A DNA stretch of 53,894 nt from a virus (taxonomy: Duplodnaviria; Caudoviricetes), in IMG/VR virus record IMGVR_UViG_3300050119_000052, positions 1 to 53,894 of that record; one strand, 5' to 3'. The first letter of the stretch is position 1; the number at the start of each line of letters is the position of its first letter. The notes beneath the pieces were generated by a model. The model did no database searches and was not told the DNA's origin. It saw nothing but the letters and a program-made list of their open reading frames with translations. Below, one piece after another: positions 27,844-38,433 of this stretch. Both the position numbers and the translations under genes were made by a program.

Positions 27844-28556
27844 GCGCCGAGAAGCCGACCGGTCTCGCCGCCCTGCGGGTGCCGTTCTCGGATAACCAGA
27901 TCGGGAAGCTACCGAAGCCGGTCAAGAGCAAGGACGAAGACAAAGGAAAGTGCGAGCGGGGGTCACGGTATTCAGCGGATGGGTATTTCTGCGGCGGGTG
28001 GCACGCCCGTTCCATCCACCTCGATTACGTGGGTCACGCCGCGCTGACTGACCGGTTCCTGGACGTGGACCCGCAGTGGTCGTGGGAGCCGCTGTCGGTC
28101 GGCCCGAATGGTCTGCCGGTGTTCGACCAGAACGGCGGGATGTGGATCCGGCTCACGATCCTCGGTGTGACCCGGCTGGGGTACGGGGACGCTCAGGGTA
28201 AGTCGGGTGGCAACGCCGTCAAGGAAGCCATCGGTGACGCCCTACGTAACGCTGGGATGCGTTTCGGTGCTGCCCTTGATTTGTGGCACAAGGGCGATCT
28301 TCGGTCGGACGTGGAAGCCGAATCGGAACCGGCGCCACGTCAATCTCGCACCCAGGCGCCCGAGGCTGACGCGTCGAACGACCCGGCTGTCGTTCGGGCC
28401 CGGATCGCCGCTGTCGCCAAAACCAAAGAGGTGTCGATCCAGGTCGTTGGGGATAACTTCGCTACATGGTCGCAGGGCACGAAGATCACCGAAGCTGACG
28501 GGCCGACCCTGCTCAAGTATTTGGATCACATCAACGAGCACGGGATCGCAGCATGA
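27840..28556 (+). CDS. Rad52/Sak-like single-strand annealing protein
   Basis: LDYVGHAALTDRF..VDPQWSW...KEAIGDALRNAGMRFG. Confidence 0.75.
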   Translation: MSAEKPTGLAALRVPFSDNQIGKLPKPVKSKDEDKGKCERGSRYSADGYFCGGWHARSIHLDYVGHAALTDRFLDVDPQWSWEPLSVGPNGLPVFDQNGGMWIRLTILGVTRLGYGDAQGKSGGNAVKEAIGDALRNAGMRFGAALDLWHKGDLRSDVEAESEPAPRQSRTQAPEADASNDPAVVRARIAAVAKTKEVSIQVVGDNFATWSQGTKITEADGPTLLKYLDHINEHGIAA

Positions 28557-28882
28557 GAATCGCGGCGAACATCCTGGCCCAGCGTGCCGAAGACCTGCTT
28601 GTCATAGTCGATGACTCGACCGGCGAAGAAGTCTCAATGGATGCCGAGACAGCGGATCGGTTGGTTGTTGCGATCGGCTACCTGTTTCACGACATCACCC
28701 CAGTCGTCCCTAGCGTCGGTCTATCTAGGGATGTGAAAAACCCCTCCGAGCGGGTGGGCGTCGGCTCGCCGACAGTCGATGCGCCTGTCTCCCCGCTCGG
28801 AGGGGTTCAACCCGATGACGACTGGCGCACGTTCTACGCCGAGGACGACTGGTCGCCCGGCAGTTACGACGTGCCGCGATGA
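28553..28882 (+). CDS. hypothetical protein
   Basis: Coupled ORF. Confidence 0.45.
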   Translation: MRIAANILAQRAEDLLVIVDDSTGEEVSMDAETADRLVVAIGYLFHDITPVVPSVGLSRDVKNPSERVGVGSPTVDAPVSPLGGVQPDDDWRTFYAEDDWSPGSYDVPR

Positions 28883-29769
28883 CCGCCCTGTCGCCGCTTC
28901 GCCGTGGCCGAATAACGGGGTCACGTATCCCGAAGCTGTTCAACGTCTCACCGTACGGCGACAGGGACTCACTGATGCGCGAGCTAGTCCGTGAGCATTT
29001 CGAGTACCCGGAGGAATTCACCGGCAACATCGCTACCCGGTGGGGTTTGGAGCACGAACCCGAAGCGGTAGCCGACTACCGGATTGAGCACCCCGACATC
29101 TTCGTCGACAAGACCGGCGAGCAGCAGGAAACCGTGATCCACCCGCAGTGCGACTTCCTGGCGATCACCCCCGATGGCATCCTCGATGACCACGGGTACC
29201 TCGAAGTGAAGTGTCCCTACAGCGGCACCTACACCCACATCAGCCAACGGCCCGACTACCAGCTCCAAGTCAATCTTGGGCTGGAAGTCACCGGCCGGGA
29301 CTGGGCGCACTTCTACGTCTGGCGCCCAGACGGGGCAGCGCTATCCACTGTCGAGTACGACCCGTGGTGGCTAGAAACAAAGCTCCCCGAGATCGAGAAG
29401 TTCCTGGCCGAATTCAACACGATCGTCGCCGACCCCGAGTTGACGGCGCCGTTCCTAGCCGATCCGGTGATCGAGCGGTCAGACGACGACTGGTTCCTCG
29501 CTGCTACCGACTACCTCGAAGCGTGCATGGCTGTAGAGGCCGCTCAGACGGTCAAGGACGCAGCGAAAGACAAGCTGGTGGCATTGAGGGCAGCGAGCCC
29601 GGATCTGCCGGCTAAGGGCGCCGGAGTGACACTGATCCAAAATCGGCCGAGAAAATCCGTGGCCTACAAAGAAGCTCTTACTGCTCTGGCGCCATCGGCG
29701 GATCTCACTCCGTTCACTAAGGAGCAGGACGAGGTTTCCTGGTCGGTTCGTAGGACGGCGGCCGTATGA
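28879..29769 (+). CDS. YqaJ/lambda-exonuclease-like nuclease
   Basis: RRGRITGS, WGLEHEPEA, TPDG, LEVKCP, Y..QV motifs. Confidence 0.9.
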   Translation: MTALSPLRRGRITGSRIPKLFNVSPYGDRDSLMRELVREHFEYPEEFTGNIATRWGLEHEPEAVADYRIEHPDIFVDKTGEQQETVIHPQCDFLAITPDGILDDHGYLEVKCPYSGTYTHISQRPDYQLQVNLGLEVTGRDWAHFYVWRPDGAALSTVEYDPWWLETKLPEIEKFLAEFNTIVADPELTAPFLADPVIERSDDDWFLAATDYLEACMAVEAAQTVKDAAKDKLVALRAASPDLPAKGAGVTLIQNRPRKSVAYKEALTALAPSADLTPFTKEQDEVSWSVRRTAAV

Positions 29770-30116
29770 CCGGACCTTCTGGCGCCGCGCAGCTCCTAGG
29801 GCAACGCCTGAGCGAATTGCACAAGGTCATCGAGCAGATGCACGAAGCGGAGCAGGACGCGCTCACAGCACGCCACACAGCCGACCTCGAGGAGTCCAAG
29901 GAGTTCCTGAAGGGCGACGGCTCGATCGAGGCGCGGAAGCACAACGCGAAGGTGATCACGGAGCGCCTGGACTTCGAGGCCTTGGTCGCTGAGGCGAACG
30001 TCCGGCATCTCGGGCGGCTCTACAAAGAGGCTCAGCTACGGGTCGAGGCCGGCCGCACGTATTCCGCTGACATGCGCGCCGAACTGGCAGCTCTCGGCCG
30101 GGACGGCACCACATGA
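29766..30116 (+). CDS. helical hypothetical protein
   Basis: Coupled; coiled-coil-like. Confidence 0.6.
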   Translation: MTGPSGAAQLLGQRLSELHKVIEQMHEAEQDALTARHTADLEESKEFLKGDGSIEARKHNAKVITERLDFEALVAEANVRHLGRLYKEAQLRVEAGRTYSADMRAELAALGRDGTT

Positions 30117-30436
30117 TCACCGCCGCGCTGCCGCTGACGCTCTCGGAGAGCGACTTCAAAGCGACGGTCCTCGACTACGCCATGCTCCGCAAATGGAGGG
30201 TCAGTCACTTCCGACCGTCGATCAACCGACGCGGGTATTGGTCGACGCCGCTCGAAGGTCATCCCGGCTGTCCCGATCTCATTCTCGCCCGTAACGGTGA
30301 TGTGCTGCTCGCTGAGCTGAAAAGCCAGGGCGGTCGACCGACCAGGGAGCAGCGGGTGTGGCTCGAAGCTGCTGGGCCGTGTGGGCGTTTGTGGAAGCCG
30401 TCGGATTGGCCGCAAATCCTCGAGGAGCTGCTATGA
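30113..30436 (+). CDS. VRR-NUC domain nuclease
   Basis: GCPDLIL...AELKSQGGRPTREQRVW. Confidence 0.85.
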   Translation: MITAALPLTLSESDFKATVLDYAMLRKWRVSHFRPSINRRGYWSTPLEGHPGCPDLILARNGDVLLAELKSQGGRPTREQRVWLEAAGPCGRLWKPSDWPQILEELL

Positions 30437-31002
30437 GCGAGCCGGTGTACGTCCCTGTCCGTGATTTGCCGATGCGTGTCGATGTCCCTGATGGGGTTGT
30501 CAGTACCCAAGACGCACCGGGGTATGAAGTGGTGCCAGCGGATTTCGTGGCTGAAGCCAGAGCGCTCGCAGCAGCAGCCACACCCGGACCGTGGCGTTGG
30601 ACCCAGCGCGGAATCGACGGCGGCGAAAACTTCTGGACCGACGTCATCGTGCCCGGCCGCGTTGAGTGCATGGCTTACTGCTATGGCGGGAGCAGCACAT
30701 TCGAGATGGACAACGAGCAGGATGACGCCGAGTTCATTGCTGCTGCTCGTTCTTTGGTTCCGGCTCTGTGTGATCAGGTTGACCGAGCCCGAAACGTGGC
30801 CGTCCAACTTGAACAGCAGATCGCGGCAGTACTTGCAATCCACGTCCCCGTCGTTACTGGCGCGGGCCTTGGTGACGTTCTGCTCTACAGCTGCGACGTT
30901 TGCCTTAGCGACAGCGGTGAAGAACCTGACTGGGGTCACGATCCGCACGACATGGTGCCGTGGCCTTGTGCTACTGCTCGGGCTCTCGGAGTGCAGGAAT
31001 GA
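30433..31002 (+). CDS. hypothetical protein (ATPGPW...DAEFIAAAR family)
   Basis: Motif common in phage ead/Ea22-like proteins; WPCAT C-terminus. Confidence 0.6.
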   Translation: MSEPVYVPVRDLPMRVDVPDGVVSTQDAPGYEVVPADFVAEARALAAAATPGPWRWTQRGIDGGENFWTDVIVPGRVECMAYCYGGSSTFEMDNEQDDAEFIAAARSLVPALCDQVDRARNVAVQLEQQIAAVLAIHVPVVTGAGLGDVLLYSCDVCLSDSGEEPDWGHDPHDMVPWPCATARALGVQE

Positions 31003-31343
31003 GCTGGGCGGTCGGTTACGACACGACCTGGGACCGTGACATCGGCTACGGCGTCCCGGCGGTGTGCGACGAGCCTGGCTGTACTGCTGCGATCGACCGC
31101 GGGTTGGGGTATGTCTGTGGTGGTGAACCGTACGGCGGTGAGAGCGGCTGCGGCCTGTACTTCTGCATGAAGCACGGCGGTGGCGTCGACAACTGCGGCC
31201 ACGTGTTCAAAGACGATCCGACCTACGAACCATCTGCCGACACAGCCGAGTGGCTCAACTGGAAACTGACCGACGAGTCATGGGCTCAATGGCGTGCCGA
31301 GAATCCTGAGCTTGTCGCTGCCGCGCGTTTTGGGTTGGGGTGA
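30999..31343 (+). CDS. Cys-rich hypothetical protein
   Basis: RDIGYGVPAVCD.PGC...IDRGL.YVCG motif. Confidence 0.65.
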   Translation: MSWAVGYDTTWDRDIGYGVPAVCDEPGCTAAIDRGLGYVCGGEPYGGESGCGLYFCMKHGGGVDNCGHVFKDDPTYEPSADTAEWLNWKLTDESWAQWRAENPELVAAARFGLG

Positions 31344-31551
31344 CTACCTGAATGAGCACCGAGAGCCGGGAAGGAACCGCGCCGATGAGTAACTACGACA
31401 GGGCTATGTCGCTAGTTGAGAAACGGCTCGCCGCATACGACCGAGTTTGGGAGTTGGCGCTCAGCGAACCTGAGGGTAAGCACCGACCGAACGGCGCATA
31501 TATAGCTGGCTGGGACGCAGCGATGGCAGCCGTCATTGAGGCCTTGCGCGG

Positions 31552-32025
31552 ATGAGCACCGAGAAGGAACAAGCTCAGCCGCGATACGTGGATCTGCTCG
31601 CGTGGATGGATGCGCAGGAGAAGGAACGTGCAGGGTGGCCGTGGTGGCGTCGCACTGGTCATGAGGTTTGGCGGCAGATCCGGTATGAAGCTAAGCATTG
31701 GCCGAGTCGTGCCGTGCGAGGCCTCAAGCACGCGTGGCAGCGGCTCGCCCGCGGTTGGGACAACCAGAGCGCATGGAATCTGAACTACGCTCTGCCGTCC
31801 ATGCTTGGGGCTCAACTCATCTACCTCGGCCGCATAGCGCACGGCTACCCGCCGGACTACTTCGGCGGATTCGATTCTTGGACAGCCGACCTGACCGTCC
31901 ACGGTGAAGCGCTGATCCGCTACGGGAAGGACAGCCTCGAGGACTTCGACGATTCGCAACTGTACGAATCAGCGCAACGCGCGTTGCGCTGGGTGGCCGC
32001 GAATCTAGGTTCGATATGGGATTGA
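31552..32025 (+). CDS. hypothetical protein
   Basis: Coupled; WQR..RGW...W motif. Confidence 0.6.
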   Translation: MSTEKEQAQPRYVDLLAWMDAQEKERAGWPWWRRTGHEVWRQIRYEAKHWPSRAVRGLKHAWQRLARGWDNQSAWNLNYALPSMLGAQLIYLGRIAHGYPPDYFGGFDSWTADLTVHGEALIRYGKDSLEDFDDSQLYESAQRALRWVAANLGSIWD

Positions 32026-32074
32026 GCCGCGAATCCGCCGAGTCTCCTGTTGATGCGTCTTTGGGTGGTTTGTG

Positions 32075-32422
32075 ATGCGGGGTGTGTCACCGAAGCGCCG
32101 CGGGGACGCGTACAAGCGCACCAAAGCTGAGAAGGCTCTCGGCCGGGTGAACGGGTTCGGTGTCTGCGCTAGATGCCAGCGGTACACGTATGTGAATGGG
32201 CATGAGCGGCTCAGTAGGTCTCAGGGTGGGGACCCGACCCGGCCGGATTGTCTGCTGTGCGTGATCTGCAACGGCTGGTGCGAAGACAAGCCGCAGTTGG
32301 CTGCGTGGTCGGGTTGGAAGATCAGCCGCAAGGAATCCTGCTTCGACTTCCTGACCGCTGATCAGGCGATGCGCACGGACGGCTCGTTCCACACGTTCGC
32401 TGTGCTGGAAGCGGCGTCATGA
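32075..32422 (+). CDS. HNH-like zinc-binding protein
   Basis: CARC...HE..SRSQGG...LCVICN. Confidence 0.6.
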   Translation: MRGVSPKRRGDAYKRTKAEKALGRVNGFGVCARCQRYTYVNGHERLSRSQGGDPTRPDCLLCVICNGWCEDKPQLAAWSGWKISRKESCFDFLTADQAMRTDGSFHTFAVLEAAS

Positions 32423-32643
32423 CGAACGTGGCGCTGGGTGAAGAGATCAGTTGGCTTCGTGGCTGGGGTTGGAACGCCGCTCGGATCGCCAAGAAACTCG
32501 AATGCCCGATCGAGCTCGTCCTCAACCACCTACGCGACTACACGCCGGACGAGAAGGATCTGCTTTCCGCTGGCCGAGCTGCACGCCATGAAGCCAGGCT
32601 CGTCTACTCGAGGACGGTGCGCCAGTGGAGGGCCGATGGTTAA
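32419..32643 (+). CDS. small HTH-like protein
   Basis: GWNAARIAKKLEC. Confidence 0.5.
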   Translation: MTNVALGEEISWLRGWGWNAARIAKKLECPIELVLNHLRDYTPDEKDLLSAGRAARHEARLVYSRTVRQWRADG

Positions 32644-32919
32644 TCACCCACCGGACTGGTGTGCGAAGCGATGCGGCTACCCACTGGATCCTGTCCTTGT
32701 CGCTGAGGGTTGGTCGATGCACCCGAGCTGCGAGTTCCCCGAATCTCAGGTCCGTTTTGGCCCAGAATCCGACGGGTTTTCTGGTAAAATTGGGGCACAA
32801 ACTGAAGACGGGCCGGACACCGCGCTAACGGTGCAACCCGGCCCTGAGCCGCTCGGTAAGGAGCAGCCTGTGCCGCACACTATGCCACGTACCGCCGACG
32901 ATCTAGTCGGTGTCGCCTA

Positions 32920-33684
32920 ATGGCTCGTAGCTACGGAACCATTCTCTGCGCAATCTGGGCCGACCCGGAATTCTGCGCCTTGTCGTCGGACGCCCAGCGG
33001 ACCTACCTGATGCTTGTCACGCAGCCCGACATCACTGCGTGCGGGTCGTTGCCGCTGACGTTTCGCCGCTGGTCGATGACGCTGCCGCAAGGTGAGCGTG
33101 ATCGGCTCGCGCCCGCTCTCGTAGAGTTGGAGACGGCACGGTTCGTACTCGTCGACCGCGACACCGAAGAACTGCTGGTCCGGTCGTTCGCCAAGCACGA
33201 CGGCGGCTATAAGCACGCGAAGCGAGTGCTTGCGGTCATCGGCTACGCGGAGGCAATCCGTTCCCAGTCGCTTCGCTCGGTGGTGGTTGTTGAGCTGGCA
33301 AAACTAGGCGTATCGATTCCCGCCCGAGTGGCACTCAATACGGAACCGATTCCCAATGACGACGTAATCGAGTCCGGCAGGGTTGTGGTTACGGAAGTAC
33401 CTCAGCTACCACAACCCACAACCCACAACAGGGAGCCGGCCCCAATCCGCTCCCGATGCAATCAGAAACACCCCGCCGACCAGCCCTGCGGGCTGTGCCG
33501 CCAAGACCGCCTCGACGACGAAGCAGCAGCAGCACTAACCGATGTCCAGAAACGCGCCGCTCTAGCCCGAAACGAACCCGCGATGGCCGAGCTGAACGCC
33601 GACTTGGCCAAGCCGCTCGACAAGAGCGCTTTCGTCGCCGCCCGTGAAATCTTCCAAGCCAAGATCGAATCGAGAACCGCATGA
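32920..33684 (+). CDS. replication initiator-like protein
   Basis: IWADPEF.ALS..AQ..YL.L N-terminus and C-terminal C..H....C..C, as in actinophage replication proteins. Confidence 0.65.
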   Translation: MARSYGTILCAIWADPEFCALSSDAQRTYLMLVTQPDITACGSLPLTFRRWSMTLPQGERDRLAPALVELETARFVLVDRDTEELLVRSFAKHDGGYKHAKRVLAVIGYAEAIRSQSLRSVVVVELAKLGVSIPARVALNTEPIPNDDVIESGRVVVTEVPQLPQPTTHNREPAPIRSRCNQKHPADQPCGLCRQDRLDDEAAAALTDVQKRAALARNEPAMAELNADLAKPLDKSAFVAAREIFQAKIESRTA

Positions 33685-33739
33685 CCTGCTGGCTGTGGGT
33701 TCGGGTACCCGACAACCCCTACTTTCTAGGAGCCGTCTC

Positions 33740-34000
33740 ATGAGCATCAAGATCGATTTCACGGCCGACGCGGCCTACGTCTTTCTGCCGGAACATGAAG
33801 GCGCGCACTCGGCGCGCACGATACCGCTCAGCTATTCCGTCCTAGTCGATTACGACGCGATGATGCGACCGATCGGGGTCGAGATTATCGGCTTGCAGAC
33901 TGAGATCCCAATCGGCGCTCTGGTACGTCTTGGCATCACTGACCAGACGATCCGTGAGCTGCTGTCGCTCTCAAGCGCATCCTTGGAGGTTAGTCAGTGA
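33740..34000 (+). CDS. DUF2283-like protein
   Basis: DAAYVFL...VLVDYD....IGVEII. Confidence 0.7.
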   Translation: MSIKIDFTADAAYVFLPEHEGAHSARTIPLSYSVLVDYDAMMRPIGVEIIGLQTEIPIGALVRLGITDQTIRELLSLSSASLEVSQ

Positions 34001-34317
34001 GCCAAGAACAGCATCAAGGGATAGAAGACGCCCAGCCGGATCTACGGGCTGAGCCACTGAGCCGTTCGGTCGATCAGGTGATGATGGACTACGGCCATGG
34101 CCGTTCGGACTTCGATCCGTACGGCGAGATGGCTGTCCTGATCGCCGAGGTTGTGCGTGTTCGGGCTGAGCGGGATTCGCTGCTCGCAGCACTCACCGCA
34201 ATACGCGCCGAGATCGAACGTGACCTCAAAGAGCGCGGCCAGACATGGACGACAGCCGGCAATCCGCTCGTAGTCCGGTTGGCGGCTCTTCTGGGGAGCG
34301 AGGCTGGCCGTGGCTAG
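33997..34317 (+). CDS. hypothetical protein
   Basis: RBS GGAGG, coupled. Confidence 0.5.
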   Translation: MSQEQHQGIEDAQPDLRAEPLSRSVDQVMMDYGHGRSDFDPYGEMAVLIAEVVRVRAERDSLLAALTAIRAEIERDLKERGQTWTTAGNPLVVRLAALLGSEAGRG

Positions 34318-34515
34318 TCAACCCGAAACCCCAAAGCGCGCCGAAGAGAATAAGAATGCTCAGCCGGATTTCTCGGATGTCACCCGTTGCGGCTCGGTAC
34401 TAGCAGGTCAGCAGTGTGTCCGGGAGGCCTGCCACTCAGAAAATTGCAGGTATTTAGCGCCTGTTGAATGCTGCGCCAGCGGCTCATGTGAGGTCTGCAA
34501 GCCATGGAGATATCA

Positions 34516-35187
34516 ATGACTGCGCCCTATTACAGCGATGAGTGGGTAACCCTCTGGCATGGCGACTGCTTTGAGATTCCATCCGTATGGACTGGCCGCG
34601 AAGTGCTCGTAACCGATCCGCCGTATGGCGTGGCCTATGAGTCCAACATGAACCGGGACAGCCGCAACATCAAACAAGGACGACCAGTTACTGCCGACCG
34701 CGACACGTCGGCGCGAGATCGACTACTGGAACTGTGGGGTGATCGTCCAGCAGTGGTGTTCGGTCGCTGGGATGTACCCCGTCCGTCATCAGTACGAGCC
34801 CGATTGATCTGGGACAAAGGCAACTCACCCGGAATGGGTGATCTCTCGATGCCTTGGGGCCGTTCCGAGGAGGAGATCTACGTTCTCGGAGCCGGGTTCG
34901 CGGGCAAGCGGAGCGGCAACGTGATCCGCGTCCAGATGCTCATGTCTGGTGATGCGACTCGACCTGATCACCCTACGCCCAAGCCCGTGGGGCTTATGGA
35001 ACGGCTAATCGAGAAGTGTCCGCCTGGATGGATCGCCGATCCGTTCGCTGGCTCAGGCTCGACGCTGGTGGCCGCTAAGGCCATGGGCAGGCAGGCCATC
35101 GGCGTTGAGATTGAGGAGCGGTACTGCGAGATCGCCGCGAAGCGTCTCGCCCAAGATGCATTCGACTTTGGAGGTGTGCCCGCGTGA
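34516..35187 (+). CDS. DNA N6-adenine/N4-cytosine methyltransferase (beta class)
   Basis: TDPPY, HPTPKP, DPFAGSGST, GVEIEERYC. Confidence 0.92.
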   Translation: MTAPYYSDEWVTLWHGDCFEIPSVWTGREVLVTDPPYGVAYESNMNRDSRNIKQGRPVTADRDTSARDRLLELWGDRPAVVFGRWDVPRPSSVRARLIWDKGNSPGMGDLSMPWGRSEEEIYVLGAGFAGKRSGNVIRVQMLMSGDATRPDHPTPKPVGLMERLIEKCPPGWIADPFAGSGSTLVAAKAMGRQAIGVEIEERYCEIAAKRLAQDAFDFGGVPA

Positions 35188-35265
35188 AAGACGAAGCAAT
35201 GCACGACGATACGGACTTGCGGGCGAGTGACGCTTGGCAGCATGAGCAGATCCGAGGTGGTTTGG

Positions 35266-35655
35266 GTGGCTAGTCAACCCGAAACCGCAGGTGACGTTTT
35301 CGATCCGATGCAAAACGCCGGTCATCCGTCGTGGTTCGACATGCCCGAGATCGGCGAAGACGGCATCGCGCATCACGTCGAATACACGCCTGGCGTTGGT
35401 CATCAATGCTTGCCTGATTGCCCAGCGACTGACGGCCATGCGTTTGGGGGTGGTTTGGGCCCGCGAATCGTCGTGACGGTCACTTTGGATGGCCAGCCGA
35501 TCTTCATCGGATCACCCCGTGCCGACAGTAATGACCTATTCCGCCTCGACGACAAGGCAGGCGAGCCCTCATGGCTGACCTGCTGCATCCCTGATCTCAG
35601 TGTTCGGCTGTCGGTGCCTTCTGTCCGTGAACACCCCGAAGGAGCGCAGCAATGA
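35266..35655 (+). CDS. hypothetical protein
   Basis: Starts in the repeat (MASQPET). Confidence 0.45.
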   Translation: MASQPETAGDVFDPMQNAGHPSWFDMPEIGEDGIAHHVEYTPGVGHQCLPDCPATDGHAFGGGLGPRIVVTVTLDGQPIFIGSPRADSNDLFRLDDKAGEPSWLTCCIPDLSVRLSVPSVREHPEGAQQ

Positions 35656-35821
35656 GCGCGGTGAGTGGCACCCCGGTGGCTAGTCAACCCGAAACCCCAA
35701 AGCCGGACGGTAAGCGCATCGAAGAGGACGTCCGCGATCTGCGGTTCTCGGACGAGGCGCGTAAGTACATGCCGGAGCTGACCGACAGGCAGGCTGCATT
35801 CGTGGATTGGTTGGTGCACCG

Positions 35822-36277
35822 ATGAGCAATCCGGAGATCAAAGCGTCGGTGCGGCGTCTGACAGCGGCGTTGATCGCCGTGTCGGACAGGCTCGATAAGC
35901 CTTATACAGATCGCCCCGAACTATCGCCATGGACGCGATACGTGCAACCCCGGCTAGCTGAGGTGCGTTATTACGTAGGACTTGACTCGGAGGTACCTGA
36001 TGAGGGCGATCCCGGATCCGCCGCTGCACAACCTGCTGATCTGTTGCGGACCTGGACCGTGCCACCCGAACTGCGCAAGGGAGATCTGGCGCCAGACGTA
36101 CTTCCCCACACCAGAGAAACCGCGTCCAAAGCCGAAGCAGCGTTAGCCGAAATCCGTGAACTAGTTCACGATGTCCATGGTCATGGCGCTGACAGCCTGG
36201 AAGGCGAGATCGACCGGCTGCGAGCCATCATCAGTCGTATCGCCGCGGCCACGTTTGGGGGTGGTTTGGGTGGCTAG
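35822..36277 (+). CDS. hypothetical protein
   Basis: Coupled ORF. Confidence 0.5.
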   Translation: MSNPEIKASVRRLTAALIAVSDRLDKPYTDRPELSPWTRYVQPRLAEVRYYVGLDSEVPDEGDPGSAAAQPADLLRTWTVPPELRKGDLAPDVLPHTRETASKAEAALAEIRELVHDVHGHGADSLEGEIDRLRAIISRIAAATFGGGLGG

Positions 36278-36632
36278 TCAACCCACCGACCATCAGGAAG
36301 AGAGTGCGACGCTTCGGGTAGCTCTAGCCCGAATCCGCGAGCTACATCGACTCGCTGCCCCGATCGATAACAGATTCGGTCCACCGGACTGGTGTAACGA
36401 GTGCGGCGGTGACGTGGTTTGGCCGTGTCCTACTGCTGAGATTGTGGAGGCTGTTGATGTCTGACTTTGCGCCCGTAGCCGAACCCGATTATCTAGAGCG
36501 CGCTATTTACGCGGTGGAGAAGCTGCGCGCTGAGTGGGAAATGGACACGGAGTCTGAGTCTGGCGCGAACTACCCGTTAGCGATTGCAACGGCTCAGTTC
36601 CTTGACGAGGTCTATTCATGGAGGGCGAATCG

Positions 36633-37010
36633 GTGACCGGTCAACCCACCGACCCGCAAGAGCTGCCAACGTGCCCGAACTGCAACATCACGTTCAACAC
36701 GAACGAGTGCCCACGGTGCGGCTGGATGAACTACCTCTGGGCGGTCGAAGCCGGGTTCGAGACCTCGACGTTCATCCCGCACACGGGCGGTGAGACGTAC
36801 CGGATTCTCTGGTACCCGGACGGCCGGGTCGCTTTCGAGCACAAATGCAAGGTCATCGACGGGCAGCGGGTCATCTGCGCGCCACGGCTGCAAATCGGCC
36901 AGGGCCACGAAGTGATCACCCGCGATCCGCTGCACATCGAAGCGTCCATCCTGTGCCCGGACTGCGGGACTCACGGCTGGATCCGAAACGGAAGATGGGT
37001 CGAGGCATGA
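36633..37010 (+). CDS. zinc-ribbon hypothetical protein
   Basis: CPNC..CPRC and SILCPDCGTHGWIRNGRW. Confidence 0.6.
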   Translation: MTGQPTDPQELPTCPNCNITFNTNECPRCGWMNYLWAVEAGFETSTFIPHTGGETYRILWYPDGRVAFEHKCKVIDGQRVICAPRLQIGQGHEVITRDPLHIEASILCPDCGTHGWIRNGRWVEA

Positions 37011-37719
37011 CCGGTCAACCCACCGACCCGCGAGCCTCAGATCTGCTGCTTGACAGTGCGAGTGGTCACCGGCTGATCCAGCGCCCATTCGATGGCTTTG
37101 GTGAGCCAGGCGTTGCGGGAGAGCCCGGTCGTCGACAACCAGGCAGCGGGAGAGCAATAACCAACAAGCCGACGTATGAGCAGCTGCTCATGGTCTGCGA
37201 TGCCCTGGCGCCGATGCTGCTGGAGGAATATCCGAGCCCGTCGCTGTCGAACATCGCGCTGACGTGGGGTGACGTTTACAGCTACGACGTCGAAGTGGTC
37301 GCCGCCCTTGATGCTTATCAGACCTATCGGTACCAGGCAGCCGAGGAGGCCGAACAATGAGCGCCACAACATATCTCAATGACCCTCGTACATGCCCGCA
37401 TCCTAGCGGTGGGGACGATTACAGGTTCTCGGCGGTGTGGCCTTACCGGCCTGTCTATCTCGGTGTTCGTTGCTGTCGCTGTGGAACTTTGTGGCGCCAT
37501 GGTCGGCCGGTCGTCGACAGCGATTGAGATACACGGTGCACGTCTCGGCTATCGACGCCGACGATCAGATGAGTATGCGCAGCTGGTTCGCGACCAAGGA
37601 AACAGCCGAACAGATCACCGAATGGCTGGGAGCTGAGGGCATGATCTCGTCGCTCGGCACGCGTGAGCTAGCCGCATCGGCCGCCGAAGGACTACTGATC
37701 TACGACCCGAGGGAGCCGA

Positions 37720-38433
37720 ATGATTGACCAGGTAGTCGGCCAGCGCTGCTTCATGGCTCACGACAAGCCAGCACCAGCGGTCGTCGGTTCGTTGTGTGAC
37801 CACCACTACGCCGCTGTCCGGGAGCAGTTGCAGGACTGCATGGAGATGTACGCGATCCTGCCGGAGTTCCTGCTCCCAGGGTCGACACCACCGGACGACG
37901 GCAGCAAGCACACGAAGAAGGGCACGATCCCGGCACCGATCCGGCTGGACGTCCTCGCTTTGTACGACCCTAGGAACGCAACCGACCTCGAGTGGTCGTA
38001 CGAGTCGAACTGGGACCCAGCGAAAGGCAAGCTGACTGGGAACGGCTCGGATATTCCTACCTTCGATGCGTGGTTGGACGGGTGGGCGCAGTACATCCGC
38101 GAAGGCCGCCACATGGGCGACGAGAACGCCGACCGGTCCGTCACCGGCAACACATGGCTCATCCGGAACCATCTGGGGTGGCTCGCTGGTGACGATTGGC
38201 TGCCACAGTTCGTCCGCGAGCTCCGCCACGCCCACCGTGCGCTCGAGGTCGGCATCGGCAAATCCCCGAAACGCCCCTTGGGCAAGTGCTACCTAGAATT
38301 CAACGATAAGGAATGCGAAGGCTCGATCTGGTTGTCCGACGATGCGAAGGGTGCTAGATGCGGTCGATGCAAAATGACGTGGACAGGGATCGAGTTGATT
38401 CGGTTGAGGTTGGCGTTGGAGATGACAGCATGA
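37720..38433 (+). CDS. conserved actinophage protein, candidate late-gene regulator
   Basis: LC..H N-terminus, P.RLDVL, C-terminal C...C..C..C..W; last large early gene before the putative late promoter. Confidence 0.6.
   Translation: MIDQVVGQRCFMAHDKPAPAVVGSLCDHHYAAVREQLQDCMEMYAILPEFLLPGSTPPDDGSKHTKKGTIPAPIRLDVLALYDPRNATDLEWSYESNWDPAKGKLTGNGSDIPTFDAWLDGWAQYIREGRHMGDENADRSVTGNTWLIRNHLGWLAGDDWLPQFVRELRHAHRALEVGIGKSPKRPLGKCYLEFNDKECEGSIWLSDDAKGARCGRCKMTWTGIELIRLRLALEMTA

Larger units (their letters stand above)
34310..37031 (+). repeat. dispersed gene-start repeats GTGGCTAGTCAACCC(GAAACC/ACCGACC) and TGACCGGTCAACCCACCGACCCGC
   Basis: Copies at 34310, 35266, 35676, 36270, 36633 and 37007; the 34310 and 35676 copies share 28 identical nt. 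Confidence 0.8.

Noticed and set aside
31229-31246. 15/18 self-match to the unit 8 predicted target
   Set aside because: Three mismatches in 18 nt is plausible by chance with 13 guides on both strands of a 54-kb GC-rich genome.
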